A stretch of 32,000 bases of DNA from an uncultured Clostridia bacterium (GTDB lineage: Bacteria; Bacillota; Clostridia; TANB77; CAG-508), in NCBI GenBank assembly GCA_963558185.1, contig CAUWFE010000010.1:19264-51263 (forward strand). Reading direction: 5' to 3'. Position 1 is the stretch's first letter. Each line of letters starts with the position of its first letter. The notes beneath the pieces are model-generated. The model was not told the origin of the DNA. It saw only the letters and a list, made by a program, of their open reading frames with translations, and did not search any database. Of this stretch, positions 1 to 9,872 are shown one piece after another. A program made the translations under genes and the position numbers.

Positions 1-290
1 ACTTTATTTAAGAAATCTTTTAAGAATGATTTTATTCTTTCTTTTGCAATTTCTATCTCTTCTGCATTATGATTATATTCTTTTTCTGTTTTTTTAATCT
101 CTTGAACTTGTTGTTTTACAGTAAGCTCAACTCTTACTGTTCTTGGAGCTAGTATACTAAAAAAGCTTTTTTTATCTTTATTCTCTATAATTTTAACTTC
201 AACTTGTTCTTTAGAAACATTTAATTGTTTTAAACCATTTTCAATGGCTTCATTTGTTGTTTTTCCTTCAGCAATAATACTTTTTTCCAT
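1..290 (-). CDS. jag: Jag/KhpB (SpoIIIJ-associated RNA-binding protein), N-terminal part; the gene runs off the window start
   Basis: Minus-strand ORF not in the track (partial). ATG at 290..288, with GGAG about 10 nt upstream. Translation MEKSIIAEGKTTNEAIENGLKQLNVSKEQVEVKIIENKDKKSFFSILAPRTVRVELT looks like a Jag N-terminal domain. Canonical position downstream of yidC. Confidence 0.8.
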   Translation of the reverse strand, partial: MEKSIIAEGKTTNEAIENGLKQLNVSKEQVEVKIIENKDKKSFFSILAPRTVRVELTVKQQVQEIKKTEKEYNHNAEEIEIAKERIKSFLKDFLNK

Positions 291-308
291 ATATTTTCAA
301 CTCCTGTA

Positions 309-1247
309 TTAAGAATTTTCTTTTTTATTTTCTTTTACATTTTTTATTTTTTCAACTTTAACTTCTTTTGCACCTTCTATTTTTTTAGGTTCTTTAGCTT
401 TCTTTTCTTCTTCTTTTTTCATCACAAAATTAATAACAATTCTTTCTAAAATTATTAATATATTGCTTACTAACCAATATAAAGCTAAACCTAAAGGTGC
501 AATAACAGCAATTGTAATAGACATTATTGGCATCATATACATCATGCTATTAGACATTTGTTGCATACTTTCCATTGGATCTTGTTCTTCACTATTTGAA
601 TTGCTATCTTCTTTCTTATTCTTTTTCATCATCTCTTTTTGTTGCTTTGTTGTCATTCTAATAGATATAAAAGATGTGATAACATATAAACCTGGAATTA
701 CATATACTTTCCAATCATTTAAACTTTGTGTTGGAACTTTACTTAAATCTAAACCTAAGAATTCCATATTAATATTAACTCTTTCATCTTGAGCACCTTT
801 TTTCTCTATTATTGCAATTTCTGGATAACCAGTTTGTTTTCCACCATTTTCTTCTACTACTTGTTTTGTATATTCTTCAATCAAAGAAGGCTCCACTTTT
901 TTCATATATGTTAAAGGTTGACTTACAAGCCAAAATACTGAAAGTATAATTACTAATTGTAAAATAGAACTAAAACAACCTGAGAAAGGGCTTGTTTTTT
1001 CTCTTTTATATAAATCCATCATTTCTTGATTCATTTTTTCTGGATTATTTTTATACTTAAATTGTATTTTTTTCATTTCTTCCTGCATTTCTGCAGATTT
1101 TTGCATTGTTTTTTGTTGTTTAATAGTAATAGGCAATAATATTAATTTTAATAATACCGTAAATAATATTATGGCCAAACCATAGTTATTGATTACTTCA
1201 TATAAAAAATTTAGAACATAACCAAATAAACTTGATATAAATCCCAT
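309..1247 (-). CDS. yidC: YidC/SpoIIIJ/Oxa1-family membrane protein insertase with a Lys/Glu-rich C-terminal tail
   Basis: 312-aa ORF. N-terminal NYGLAIILFTVLLKLILLPITIKQQKTMQK and later GCFSSILQLVI / PLGLALYWLVSNIL are typical YidC core segments. Sits in rnpA-yidD-yidC-jag synteny. Confidence 0.93.
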   Translation of the reverse strand: MGFISSLFGYVLNFLYEVINNYGLAIILFTVLLKLILLPITIKQQKTMQKSAEMQEEMKKIQFKYKNNPEKMNQEMMDLYKREKTSPFSGCFSSILQLVIILSVFWLVSQPLTYMKKVEPSLIEEYTKQVVEENGGKQTGYPEIAIIEKKGAQDERVNINMEFLGLDLSKVPTQSLNDWKVYVIPGLYVITSFISIRMTTKQQKEMMKKNKKEDSNSNSEEQDPMESMQQMSNSMMYMMPIMSITIAVIAPLGLALYWLVSNILIILERIVINFVMKKEEEKKAKEPKKIEGAKEVKVEKIKNVKENKKENS

Positions 1248-1259
1248 AACCTCACTCCT

Positions 1260-1478
1260 TTATTTTAAAGGGTCATATCCTCCTTTTGAAAAAGGATTAC
1301 ACTTTAAAATTCTTTTTACTCCTAATAACACACCATGTATTACCCCATACTTTTGTATAGCTTCAATTGTATATTCAGAACATGTAGGATAATATTTACA
1401 ATGTATTCCCATATTTGATAATATTGGTGAAATATGTCTTTTATAAAATTTTATTAATTTGATTAAAACATTCCTCAA
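1260..1478 (-). CDS. yidD: Membrane protein insertion efficiency factor YidD
   Basis: 72-aa ORF with ISPILS...CKYYPTCSEYTIEAIQKYG...KRILKCNPFSKGGYDP, the YidD signature. Its start abuts the rnpA stop (1478/1479). Confidence 0.9.
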   Translation of the reverse strand: MRNVLIKLIKFYKRHISPILSNMGIHCKYYPTCSEYTIEAIQKYGVIHGVLLGVKRILKCNPFSKGGYDPLK

Positions 1479-1817
1479 TTATAACAACCTTGCTTTTTCA
1501 AAAATTTTTTTCATATCTTTATTTACCGTAAAATAATTAGCATTATTAAAACTCATATTTTTATTCCATACAAAAACTATATTATAACCTTGTTTTAATT
1601 CATTTTTCATTAATCTATAACTTTCTCTAATAAGTCTTTTTAATTTATTTCTTTTTACTGCATTACCTATTTTTTTGCTTACGGCTATACCAATTACATT
1701 TGATTTTATATTATTTTTTTGAATATAAACAGTAATTGTATTTTCTTTATAAAATTTTCCTTTTGTTAGCACATTTTTAAATTCATAATTTTTTTTTAAA
1801 GTCTTAATCTTTCTCAT
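1479..1817 (-). CDS. rnpA: Ribonuclease P protein component
   Basis: 112-aa basic ORF (..GNAVKRNKLKRLIRESYR..) immediately downstream of rpmH, the conserved arrangement. Confidence 0.9.
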   Translation of the reverse strand: MRKIKTLKKNYEFKNVLTKGKFYKENTITVYIQKNNIKSNVIGIAVSKKIGNAVKRNKLKRLIRESYRLMKNELKQGYNIVFVWNKNMSFNNANYFTVNKDMKKIFEKARLL

Positions 1818-1874
1818 TTTTTCACCTAAAAACTTATATAATACACTTGAATTTAAGATTTTAATTTATACATA

Positions 1875-1914
1875 TAGAAAAAAGGACCACATATCCTTTA
1901 CTATACGTGGCCTT
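1875..1914 (-). terminator. Hairpin plus T-run between rpmH and rnpA (partial terminator/attenuator)
   Basis: On the minus strand: AAGGCCAC (1914..1907), loop, GTGGTCCTT (1890..1882), followed by TTTTTTCT. One bulged base in the stem. Confidence 0.5.
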
Positions 1915-1918
1915 AATC

Positions 1919-2053
1919 TTATGCACTAAGTTTTTTTCTTCCTTTTTCACGTCTTGCTTTTAATACGTTTCTACCTGATCTTGTTTGCATTCTTTTTCTA
2001 AATCCATGTTCTTTTTGTTCTTGTCTATTTTTTGGTTGAAATGTTCTTTTCAT
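1919..2053 (-). CDS. rpmH: 50S ribosomal protein L34
   Basis: Not in the ORF track (44 aa). Reverse-complement translation [49 protein letters not shown] lies upstream of the ATG at 2053. Confidence 0.93.
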   Translation of the reverse strand: MKRTFQPKNRQEQKEHGFRKRMQTRSGRNVLKARREKGRKKLSA

Positions 2054-2125
2054 TTTGTTGCACCTCCTAAATTTTCTTCTCTATAAATACCGACATGCGT
2101 ATTTTTAACTTTAATAAGCCTTATA

Positions 2126-2154
2126 AGTATATCTTATCTTAGAATTTATGTCAA
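2126..2154 (-). promoter_or_regulatory. Putative sigma-A promoter of rpmH-rnpA-yidD-yidC
   Basis: Minus strand reads TTGACA (2154..2149), a 17-nt spacer, then TATACT (2131..2126). Confidence 0.5.
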
Positions 2155-2191
2155 TAGTTTTAGTGAAATTTAATTATTTTTTTTAATTGTA

Positions 2192-2221
2192 TTGACTATC
2201 ATATAACTATTTTGATATTAT
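2192..2221 (+). promoter_or_regulatory. Putative dnaA promoter
   Basis: TTGACT (2192..2197), an 18-nt spacer ending in TG, then TATTAT (2216..2221). DnaA boxes follow downstream. Confidence 0.4.
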
Positions 2222-2286
2222 ATAAAAAATACTAGAAAAAAATATTTTTTCACATCGAAAATTTGTTTATATTTCTAAGAGTATAT

Positions 2287-2324
2287 GAGTTATCCACATA
2301 TGTGGATAAAGTTGTGGATAACTC
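2287..2324. promoter_or_regulatory. Upstream oriC / dnaA autoregulatory DnaA-box cluster (three perfect boxes)
   Basis: TTATCCACA at 2290..2298. TGTGGATAA at 2301..2309 and 2313..2321. GAGTTATCCACA (2287..2298) and TGTGGATAACTC (2313..2324) form a 12-nt inverted repeat. Confidence 0.85.
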
Positions 2325-2400
2325 ATATTATTAATATGTAATTTTGTTTAAAATCAAATATTATACAAAATATTTTTATTTTTTGGAAGGACTGAAAAGA

Positions 2401-3750
2401 ATGCAACAAAAAGAATTAAATGAACTTCTAACAAAAGCAAAAGAACTGCTAAAAGATGAAACTACAAAAATATCTTTTGAAACTTGGATTAAAGACTTAG
2501 AAATTGAAAGTTTTGACAATGGCAATGTTGTTCTTTCTATTTCTACAACTTTTAAGCGAGATTCTATAGAATCTCGTTATCATGATTTATTAGTAAATAC
2601 TTTTAATTTCCTTACTAACAAAGAATGTAGTGTGTCTATTCTTTCAAAAGAAGAAGAAAGCAGTAAACAACAAACTAATGATAGCTATGCAAGTATAGAT
2701 TTAGACTCAAATGTTGGATATTCTAATCCTACTTTAAATCCTAAATATACTTTTGATACTTTTGTAGTAGGCAACAATAACCGTTTTGCACATGCTGCAG
2801 CACTTGCTGTTGCTGAATCTCCTGCAACTTCATACAATCCACTATTTATATATGGTGGTGTAGGTTTAGGTAAAACTCACTTAATGCATGCTATAGGAAA
2901 CGAAATATTAAGGAATAATAGGAGTGCTAGCATTCTTTATGTCACATCAGAAAAATTTACAAATCAATTAATTAATGCAATAAAAGACAATAAAAATGAA
3001 CAATTTAGAACAAAATATAGAAATATAGATGTATTATTAATTGATGATATACAATTCATTGCTGGAAAAGAAAGAATACAAGAAGAATTTTTCCACACAT
3101 TTAATACTTTACACGAAAGTGGAAAACAAATTATTCTATCTAGTGATAGACCACCTAAAGATATAAATTTACTAGAAGATAGATTAAAATCTCGTTTTGA
3201 ATGGGGACTTATCGCTGATATTTCTAATGCAGATTATGAAACTCGTTTAGCAATTTTAAGAAAAAAAGCTCAATTAGATAACATTATTATAGATGATGCC
3301 ATACTTGCTAATATTGCTAATAGAATTGATACTAATATTAGGGAACTAGAAGGAGCATTAAATAAATTAATTGCAAGAGCTTCTTTAATAAATAGCCCTA
3401 TAACAATGGAAATGTCTGAATGGGCAATTAATGAAATTGTTACATCACAAGACACTGTTATATCATCTGCTTTCATAATAGATACCGTTGCAAAATACTT
3501 TAATGTAAATCCAAAAGATTTAGTAGGAGCTAAAAGATCTAATGATGTTGTCTTTCCTAGACAAATTGCAATGTATTTATGTAGAAGTGTACCACAATTA
3601 TCATTACCTCAAATAGGTAAAGATTTTGGTAATAGAGATCATACAACTGTTATGCATGCTTGTACTAAAATTGAACAAGAAATAAAAACAAATTCTAATA
3701 CAAAGTTAATTGTGGAAAGTGTGAAAAACTTATTACTAAAAGATAAATAG
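2401..3750 (+). CDS. dnaA: Chromosomal replication initiator protein DnaA
   Basis: Walker A GGVGLGKTHL, DDIQF, and C-terminal RQIAMYLCR..DHTTVMHA. I prefer the ATG at 2401 (MQQKELNELL, GGAAGGA upstream) over the TTG at 2344 used by the track. Confidence 0.95.
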   Translation: MQQKELNELLTKAKELLKDETTKISFETWIKDLEIESFDNGNVVLSISTTFKRDSIESRYHDLLVNTFNFLTNKECSVSILSKEEESSKQQTNDSYASIDLDSNVGYSNPTLNPKYTFDTFVVGNNNRFAHAAALAVAESPATSYNPLFIYGGVGLGKTHLMHAIGNEILRNNRSASILYVTSEKFTNQLINAIKDNKNEQFRTKYRNIDVLLIDDIQFIAGKERIQEEFFHTFNTLHESGKQIILSSDRPPKDINLLEDRLKSRFEWGLIADISNADYETRLAILRKKAQLDNIIIDDAILANIANRIDTNIRELEGALNKLIARASLINSPITMEMSEWAINEIVTSQDTVISSAFIIDTVAKYFNVNPKDLVGAKRSNDVVFPRQIAMYLCRSVPQLSLPQIGKDFGNRDHTTVMHACTKIEQEIKTNSNTKLIVESVKNLLLKDK

Positions 3751-3781
3751 TTTATATATAAATAAAAAATGATATTTTTTG

Positions 3782-4062
3782 AAATTTATGTTTGAAAAAT
3801 TTATGTTTGGAAAAAGTAGTTGAAGTCCTTAATATATATAAGCTGTATTAGATATCCACATAGGGGTGTGTATAACCTGTTGAAAACATGTGTATAACTT
3901 CGTTTTCCACATTTCATTTTTAATAGTGTGGATAACTTTATAAGTTATCCACAGAGTTATCAACAAGTAAAACTTCTAGGGAATAGGGTTATACACATAG
4001 TTATCCACAGTTTCCACAGGACCTAATACTACTACTACTAAATATATTATATAATTTATAAA
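3782..4062. promoter_or_regulatory. oriC: oriC (dnaA-dnaN part): DnaA boxes, GC clamp, DnaA-trio array, AT-rich unwinding element
   Basis: Perfect boxes at 3926..3934 (-), 3944..3952 (+) and 4001..4009 (+). One-mismatch boxes at 3851, 3866, 3888, 3902, 3989 and 4010. GGACC at 4019..4023. Minus strand reads TAG TAG TAG TAG TAT TAG over 4040..4023. AT-only stretch at 4041..4060. A 13-mer AAATTTATGTTTG is repeated at 3782 and 3797. Confidence 0.85.
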
Positions 4063-4077
4063 GGAGTTTCGATAAAA

Positions 4078-5190
4078 ATGAAAATTATTTGTGAAAAAGA
4101 TAAAATTATAAAAGCAATAAATTCTGTAACAAAAGCAGTAGCATCAAAAACTACTATGCCTATATTAGAAGGTATATTAATTCAAACAAATGATAATGAA
4201 GTAAAATTAACTACATATGATTTAGAAATAGGAATAGAATATATAATAGATGCAGAAGTTAAAGAACAAGGTGCAACAGTAGTAAATGCAATAATGTTTA
4301 GTGAAATTATTAGAAAATTACCAGATACAGAAATACATATTTCTTTAAATGAAAAAAATCTATTAGTTATAGAATGTGAAGGTTCTTTATACAAACTAGC
4401 AACAATGAATCCAGAAGAATTTCCGGAACTTCCACAAATAAATGTAGAAAATTCAATAGAAATAGAACAAAATATATTAAAAGAAATGATTAGAAAAACA
4501 ATTTTTGCTGTAAGTACAGAAGAAAATAGACCAATATTTACAGGATGTTTATTCGAAATTAAAAATAATAAATTGAATGTAGTAGCAGTAGATGGTTTTA
4601 GATTAGCATGGAAAAGTAAATTTTTACAACAAAATGTTAATGATTTTACAGCAGTAATTCCTGGAAGAACATTAAATGAAGTAAATAAAATTATATTAGA
4701 TTCATTTGATACAATAAAAATAGGAATTGCTAAAAATCAAGCTTTATTTGAAATGGAAAATTGCAAATTAGTAACAAGATTATTGGATGGTGAATTCTTA
4801 AACTATTCAAGTGTTATTCCAGAAAATTGGGAAACTAGAATTCGTGTAAATAAATCAAATTTACAGAATTGTTTTGAAAGAATTAGTTTAATTTCATCTT
4901 CAAGTATAGAAAAAGAAAAGAAATATCCAGTAAAAATGTCAATAGATATTGGAAAAGTAACAATATCTTGTACAAATCAAACTGGTGATGCAAAAGAAGA
5001 AATGTATGTTTCTACAGAAGGTCAGAATTTAGAAGCAGGGTTTAACCCAAAATATTTCTTAGATGCATTAAGGGCAATAGATGATGAAGAAATATTTGTA
5101 GATTATGGTACAAGTATTTCACCATGTATAATAAGACCAGTGGATGAAGGCGATTATATTTATATGATTTTACCAATAAGATTAAGCTAA
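4078..5190 (+). CDS. dnaN: DNA polymerase III beta sliding clamp
   Basis: 370-aa ORF with AAAGGAG RBS. Typical beta-clamp sequence (TMPILEGILIQ.., LLDGEFLNYSSVIP, GFNPKYFLDAL) in canonical position after dnaA. Confidence 0.95.
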   Translation: MKIICEKDKIIKAINSVTKAVASKTTMPILEGILIQTNDNEVKLTTYDLEIGIEYIIDAEVKEQGATVVNAIMFSEIIRKLPDTEIHISLNEKNLLVIECEGSLYKLATMNPEEFPELPQINVENSIEIEQNILKEMIRKTIFAVSTEENRPIFTGCLFEIKNNKLNVVAVDGFRLAWKSKFLQQNVNDFTAVIPGRTLNEVNKIILDSFDTIKIGIAKNQALFEMENCKLVTRLLDGEFLNYSSVIPENWETRIRVNKSNLQNCFERISLISSSSIEKEKKYPVKMSIDIGKVTISCTNQTGDAKEEMYVSTEGQNLEAGFNPKYFLDALRAIDDEEIFVDYGTSISPCIIRPVDEGDYIYMILPIRLS

Positions 5191-5199
5191 AACAGAGAA

Positions 5200-5235
5200 A
5201 GTTATCCACATATTATTAAGAAAATGTGGATAACT
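5200..5235. promoter_or_regulatory. Inverted pair of perfect DnaA boxes between dnaN and recF
   Basis: TTATCCACA at 5202..5210 and TGTGGATAA at 5225..5233, with a 14-nt spacer. The 11-nt arms AGTTATCCACA / TGTGGATAACT could also fold as a hairpin followed by TTTT. Confidence 0.65.
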
Positions 5236-5254
5236 TTTCAAAAAAGGAAATAAT

Positions 5255-6319
5255 ATGTACATAAAAAAAATAAAATTAACACATTTTCGCAATTATGATA
5301 ATCAAGAAATTACATTATCACCAAAAATAAACATTTTTTATGGAGATAATGCACAAGGAAAAACAAACATTATAGAATCTATTTTTTTGTGTTCTATAGG
5401 AAAATCTTTTAGAACATCAAAAGAAAAAGAAATGATTGAATTTGGAAAAGATTTTTCAAATATAGAAGTAGAATATGAAAAAATGGATAGAAGTGGAAAA
5501 ATAAAAATAGAATTGCAAGAAAAGAAAAATATATTTTTAAATGGAATTAAATTAACAAAATTAAGCGAATTATTAGGAAATATTCATACAGTAATTTTTA
5601 CACCAGATGATATTAATATTTTAAAAGATGGACCACAAAAAAGAAGAAGATTTTTAGATATGATGATAGGCCAATTAAGACCTAATTATGTATATTTATT
5701 AAATAGATACAATAAAACATTAGAACAAAGAAATAATTATTTAAAACAAATAAAAATGGAATCAAAATCAGATGAACTTTTATCTATTTGGAATGAAAAA
5801 TTAGCGGAGTATGGAGAAAAAATATATCTATATAGAAAAGAATTTATAAATAAAATAATACAAAAAATAAAAAAAATACACAAAGAAATTACAAATAATT
5901 TAGAAGAAATAGAAATAGAATATCATTCAGATTGCGAAGATACAAATAAATTTATAGAAAAATTAAATCAAAGTCAAAAAATAGATATATTAAGAGGATA
6001 TACCACAAAAGGAATACATAGAGATGATTTTTCAGTATATATAAATCAAAAATTGGTTAATATATATGGTTCGCAAGGACAAAATAGAACTGTAATCCTT
6101 TCATTAAAATTATCTGAGCTACAAGTAATTTATGACGAAGTAGGGGAATATCCAATATTATTATTAGATGATTTTATGTCTGAACTTGATGAAAAAAGAA
6201 GAAGTAATTTTTTAGAATATACTAAAAATACTCAAGTTATTATAACCTGTACAGATAAAATTTTAATTTCAGAACTAGAAAATAAAATATATAAAGTAAA
6301 AAAAGGGGAAATATTTTAA
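5255..6319 (+). CDS. recF: DNA replication and repair protein RecF
   Basis: N-terminal FRNY...GDNAQGKTNIIESI Walker A, LLLDDFMSELD Walker B/D-loop region. dnaN-recF-gyrB synteny. Confidence 0.93.
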   Translation: MYIKKIKLTHFRNYDNQEITLSPKINIFYGDNAQGKTNIIESIFLCSIGKSFRTSKEKEMIEFGKDFSNIEVEYEKMDRSGKIKIELQEKKNIFLNGIKLTKLSELLGNIHTVIFTPDDINILKDGPQKRRRFLDMMIGQLRPNYVYLLNRYNKTLEQRNNYLKQIKMESKSDELLSIWNEKLAEYGEKIYLYRKEFINKIIQKIKKIHKEITNNLEEIEIEYHSDCEDTNKFIEKLNQSQKIDILRGYTTKGIHRDDFSVYINQKLVNIYGSQGQNRTVILSLKLSELQVIYDEVGEYPILLLDDFMSELDEKRRSNFLEYTKNTQVIITCTDKILISELENKIYKVKKGEIF

Positions 6320-6353
6320 ATTAATACTTGCAAAGAGAATAAAAAAGATATAA

Positions 6354-8294
<1,941 letters not shown>

Positions 8295-8313
8295 AGATTT
8301 AGAAATATAAAAA

Positions 8314-8349
8314 TAAGAGCTAGTAGAAAATAACTTCTACTAGCTCTTA
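8314..8349 (+). terminator. Strong hairpin after gyrB
   Basis: TAAGAGCTAGTAGAA (8314..8328) pairs perfectly with TTCTACTAGCTCTTA (8335..8349), with a 6-nt loop. No clear T-run follows. Confidence 0.55.
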
Positions 8350-8837
8350 TCCTATAAAGCTAATATTAATCTTCAGCTCAAACTATTATACATAATTTTT
8401 CATCTACCATACATTACTGCATGTATAAACAATACATCACATATAATAATCAGTTGCTCGACTAAAAATACACAAATATAAAGACTATATTCGTCCATGA
8501 AGGATTATAAATAATCCTTATATTATATAAGTTTAATCTTAACTCAAATATATAACCTATACTACAACCATATATACATACAAAATATAAACATAAAATA
8601 AATATTTTATAAAAATACAGCTTGCATATAAATAATATATTCTTAATCGCCGACATATAATAATATAAGTATATAGCAAACACTATTATATATCTTTGTT
8701 CGAACAATAAAGAACTTTAAATAAAAATCCTTTATTACTCTTCGTTCAACTAATATTAACTTTATACTTATATTATGTCTTAAATAAAAATAAATATACA
8801 AAAATATTAAAAAAATTAATTTTTTTTGGAGGTTATT

Positions 8838-9740
8838 TTGAATTCAAATATTTTAATAAAAAAGTATGATTATAATACTTTAAAAAATGATTTAATGAAA
8901 ATAAAAAATGAATATTCATTTTTGCAAACAGAAATAATAGGAGAAAGTACACTAAAAGAAAAAATAATTTGCATAAAAATAGGAGAAGGAAAAAGAAAAT
9001 TGATGATAAATGCATCTCATCACGCAAATGAATGGATTACAAGTTTAGTAGTAATGCTTTTTCTAGAAAAATATTTATATTGCTACAAAAATAAAATAAA
9101 ATATAAAAACTATGATATTCAAAAATTATGGAAAAAAGCAACAATATATATAGTTCCAATGGTAAATCCAGATGGAGTAAATTTTAGTTTAGGAAAATTA
9201 AAAAATAAATATTATTTAGAAAAATGGAAAGAATATTCTAATATTTTAGATAGGTGGAAAGCAAATATAAATGGTGTGGATTTAAATTTAAACTATCCAG
9301 CAGGGTGGGAAATTGCAGTATCAAATAAAAAAAAGTTAGGAATATATAATGCAGGATTACGAGATTATCCAGGGAATAAAAGCCTTTCAGAAATAGAAAC
9401 AATTAATATGGTAAATTTAACAAGAAAATATTTATTTGATATGACAATTTCATTACATTCTCAAGGAAGAGAAATTTATGGACCAAATAAAAAAGAAAAT
9501 AAAAAAGCATATGAAATAGGAAAAAAATTTGAAAAAAATACAGGATATTATTATACATCACCATCATATATGTCATCATTTGCAGGATATAAAGATTGGT
9601 TTATACAAGAATATTCAAAACCAGCATACACGATAGAACTTGGAAAAGGAGAAGAAGGGAAAGCTTTATCAGAAAATCAGGCACAAACGATTTTACAAGA
9701 AATGGAAAAAATATTTCTAATATCTATTGAAAACATATAA
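8838..9740 (+). CDS. M14-family zinc carboxypeptidase-like protein (gamma-D-glutamyl-meso-diaminopimelate peptidase type)
   Basis: HHANEWITS (HxxE zinc motif), VPMVNPDGV and SLHSQG. No signal peptide. I prefer the TTG at 8838, 5 nt after GGAGG (8828..8832), to the TTG at 8826 used by the track. Confidence 0.75.
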   Translation: MNSNILIKKYDYNTLKNDLMKIKNEYSFLQTEIIGESTLKEKIICIKIGEGKRKLMINASHHANEWITSLVVMLFLEKYLYCYKNKIKYKNYDIQKLWKKATIYIVPMVNPDGVNFSLGKLKNKYYLEKWKEYSNILDRWKANINGVDLNLNYPAGWEIAVSNKKKLGIYNAGLRDYPGNKSLSEIETINMVNLTRKYLFDMTISLHSQGREIYGPNKKENKKAYEIGKKFEKNTGYYYTSPSYMSSFAGYKDWFIQEYSKPAYTIELGKGEEGKALSENQAQTILQEMEKIFLISIENI

Positions 9741-9742
9741 TG

Positions 9743-9770
9743 AAAAAATGTTGATATATCAACATTTTTT
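9743..9770. terminator. Perfect palindrome / bidirectional terminator after the M14 gene
   Basis: AAAAAATGTTGATA (9743..9756) and TATCAACATTTTTT (9757..9770) form a perfect inverted repeat with A/T runs on both sides. Confidence 0.6.
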
Positions 9771-9811
9771 GATATTAAAAATGAAAAAGTAAAAATTTTT
9801 TAAAAAAGCCA

Positions 9812-9840
9812 TTGACAAATAATGGAAAATAGTGTAAAAT
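9812..9840 (+). promoter_or_regulatory. Near-consensus sigma-A promoter of the VirB4-like operon
   Basis: TTGACA (9812..9817), a 17-nt spacer, then TAAAAT (9835..9840). An AAAGGAG RBS follows at 9858..9864. Confidence 0.55.
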
Positions 9841-9872
9841 AAAAAACAAATCAAGAGAAAGGAGCAATACAT

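Noticed and set aside
463-792. 109-aa plus-strand ORF inside yidC. The same applies to the other antisense track ORFs: 3270-3476, 4182-4394, 6316-6558, 6643-6849, 6958-7194, 8027-8254, 8833-9027, 13324-13623, 14435-14629, 15751-15975, 16915-17124, 20619-20810 and 26350-26604.
   Set aside because: Each lies antisense to a well-supported gene, lacks an RBS and translates to low-complexity Ile/Leu/Phe/Ser-rich peptides. These are the expected shadow ORFs of an AT-rich genome.
4024-4041. TAC/TAG trinucleotide run (tactactactacta) as a simple microsatellite.
   Set aside because: Its position directly after DnaA boxes and a GC clamp, and its 3-prime-GAT-5-prime phase, fit the DnaA-trio element of oriC rather than a random repeat.
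8462-8707. 81-aa minus-strand ORF in the gyrB-downstream spacer.
   Set aside because: It has Ile/Phe/Tyr-rich low-complexity sequence, no RBS and no recognisable family. I treat it as non-coding, although the C>G skew of the region is reported as a finding.
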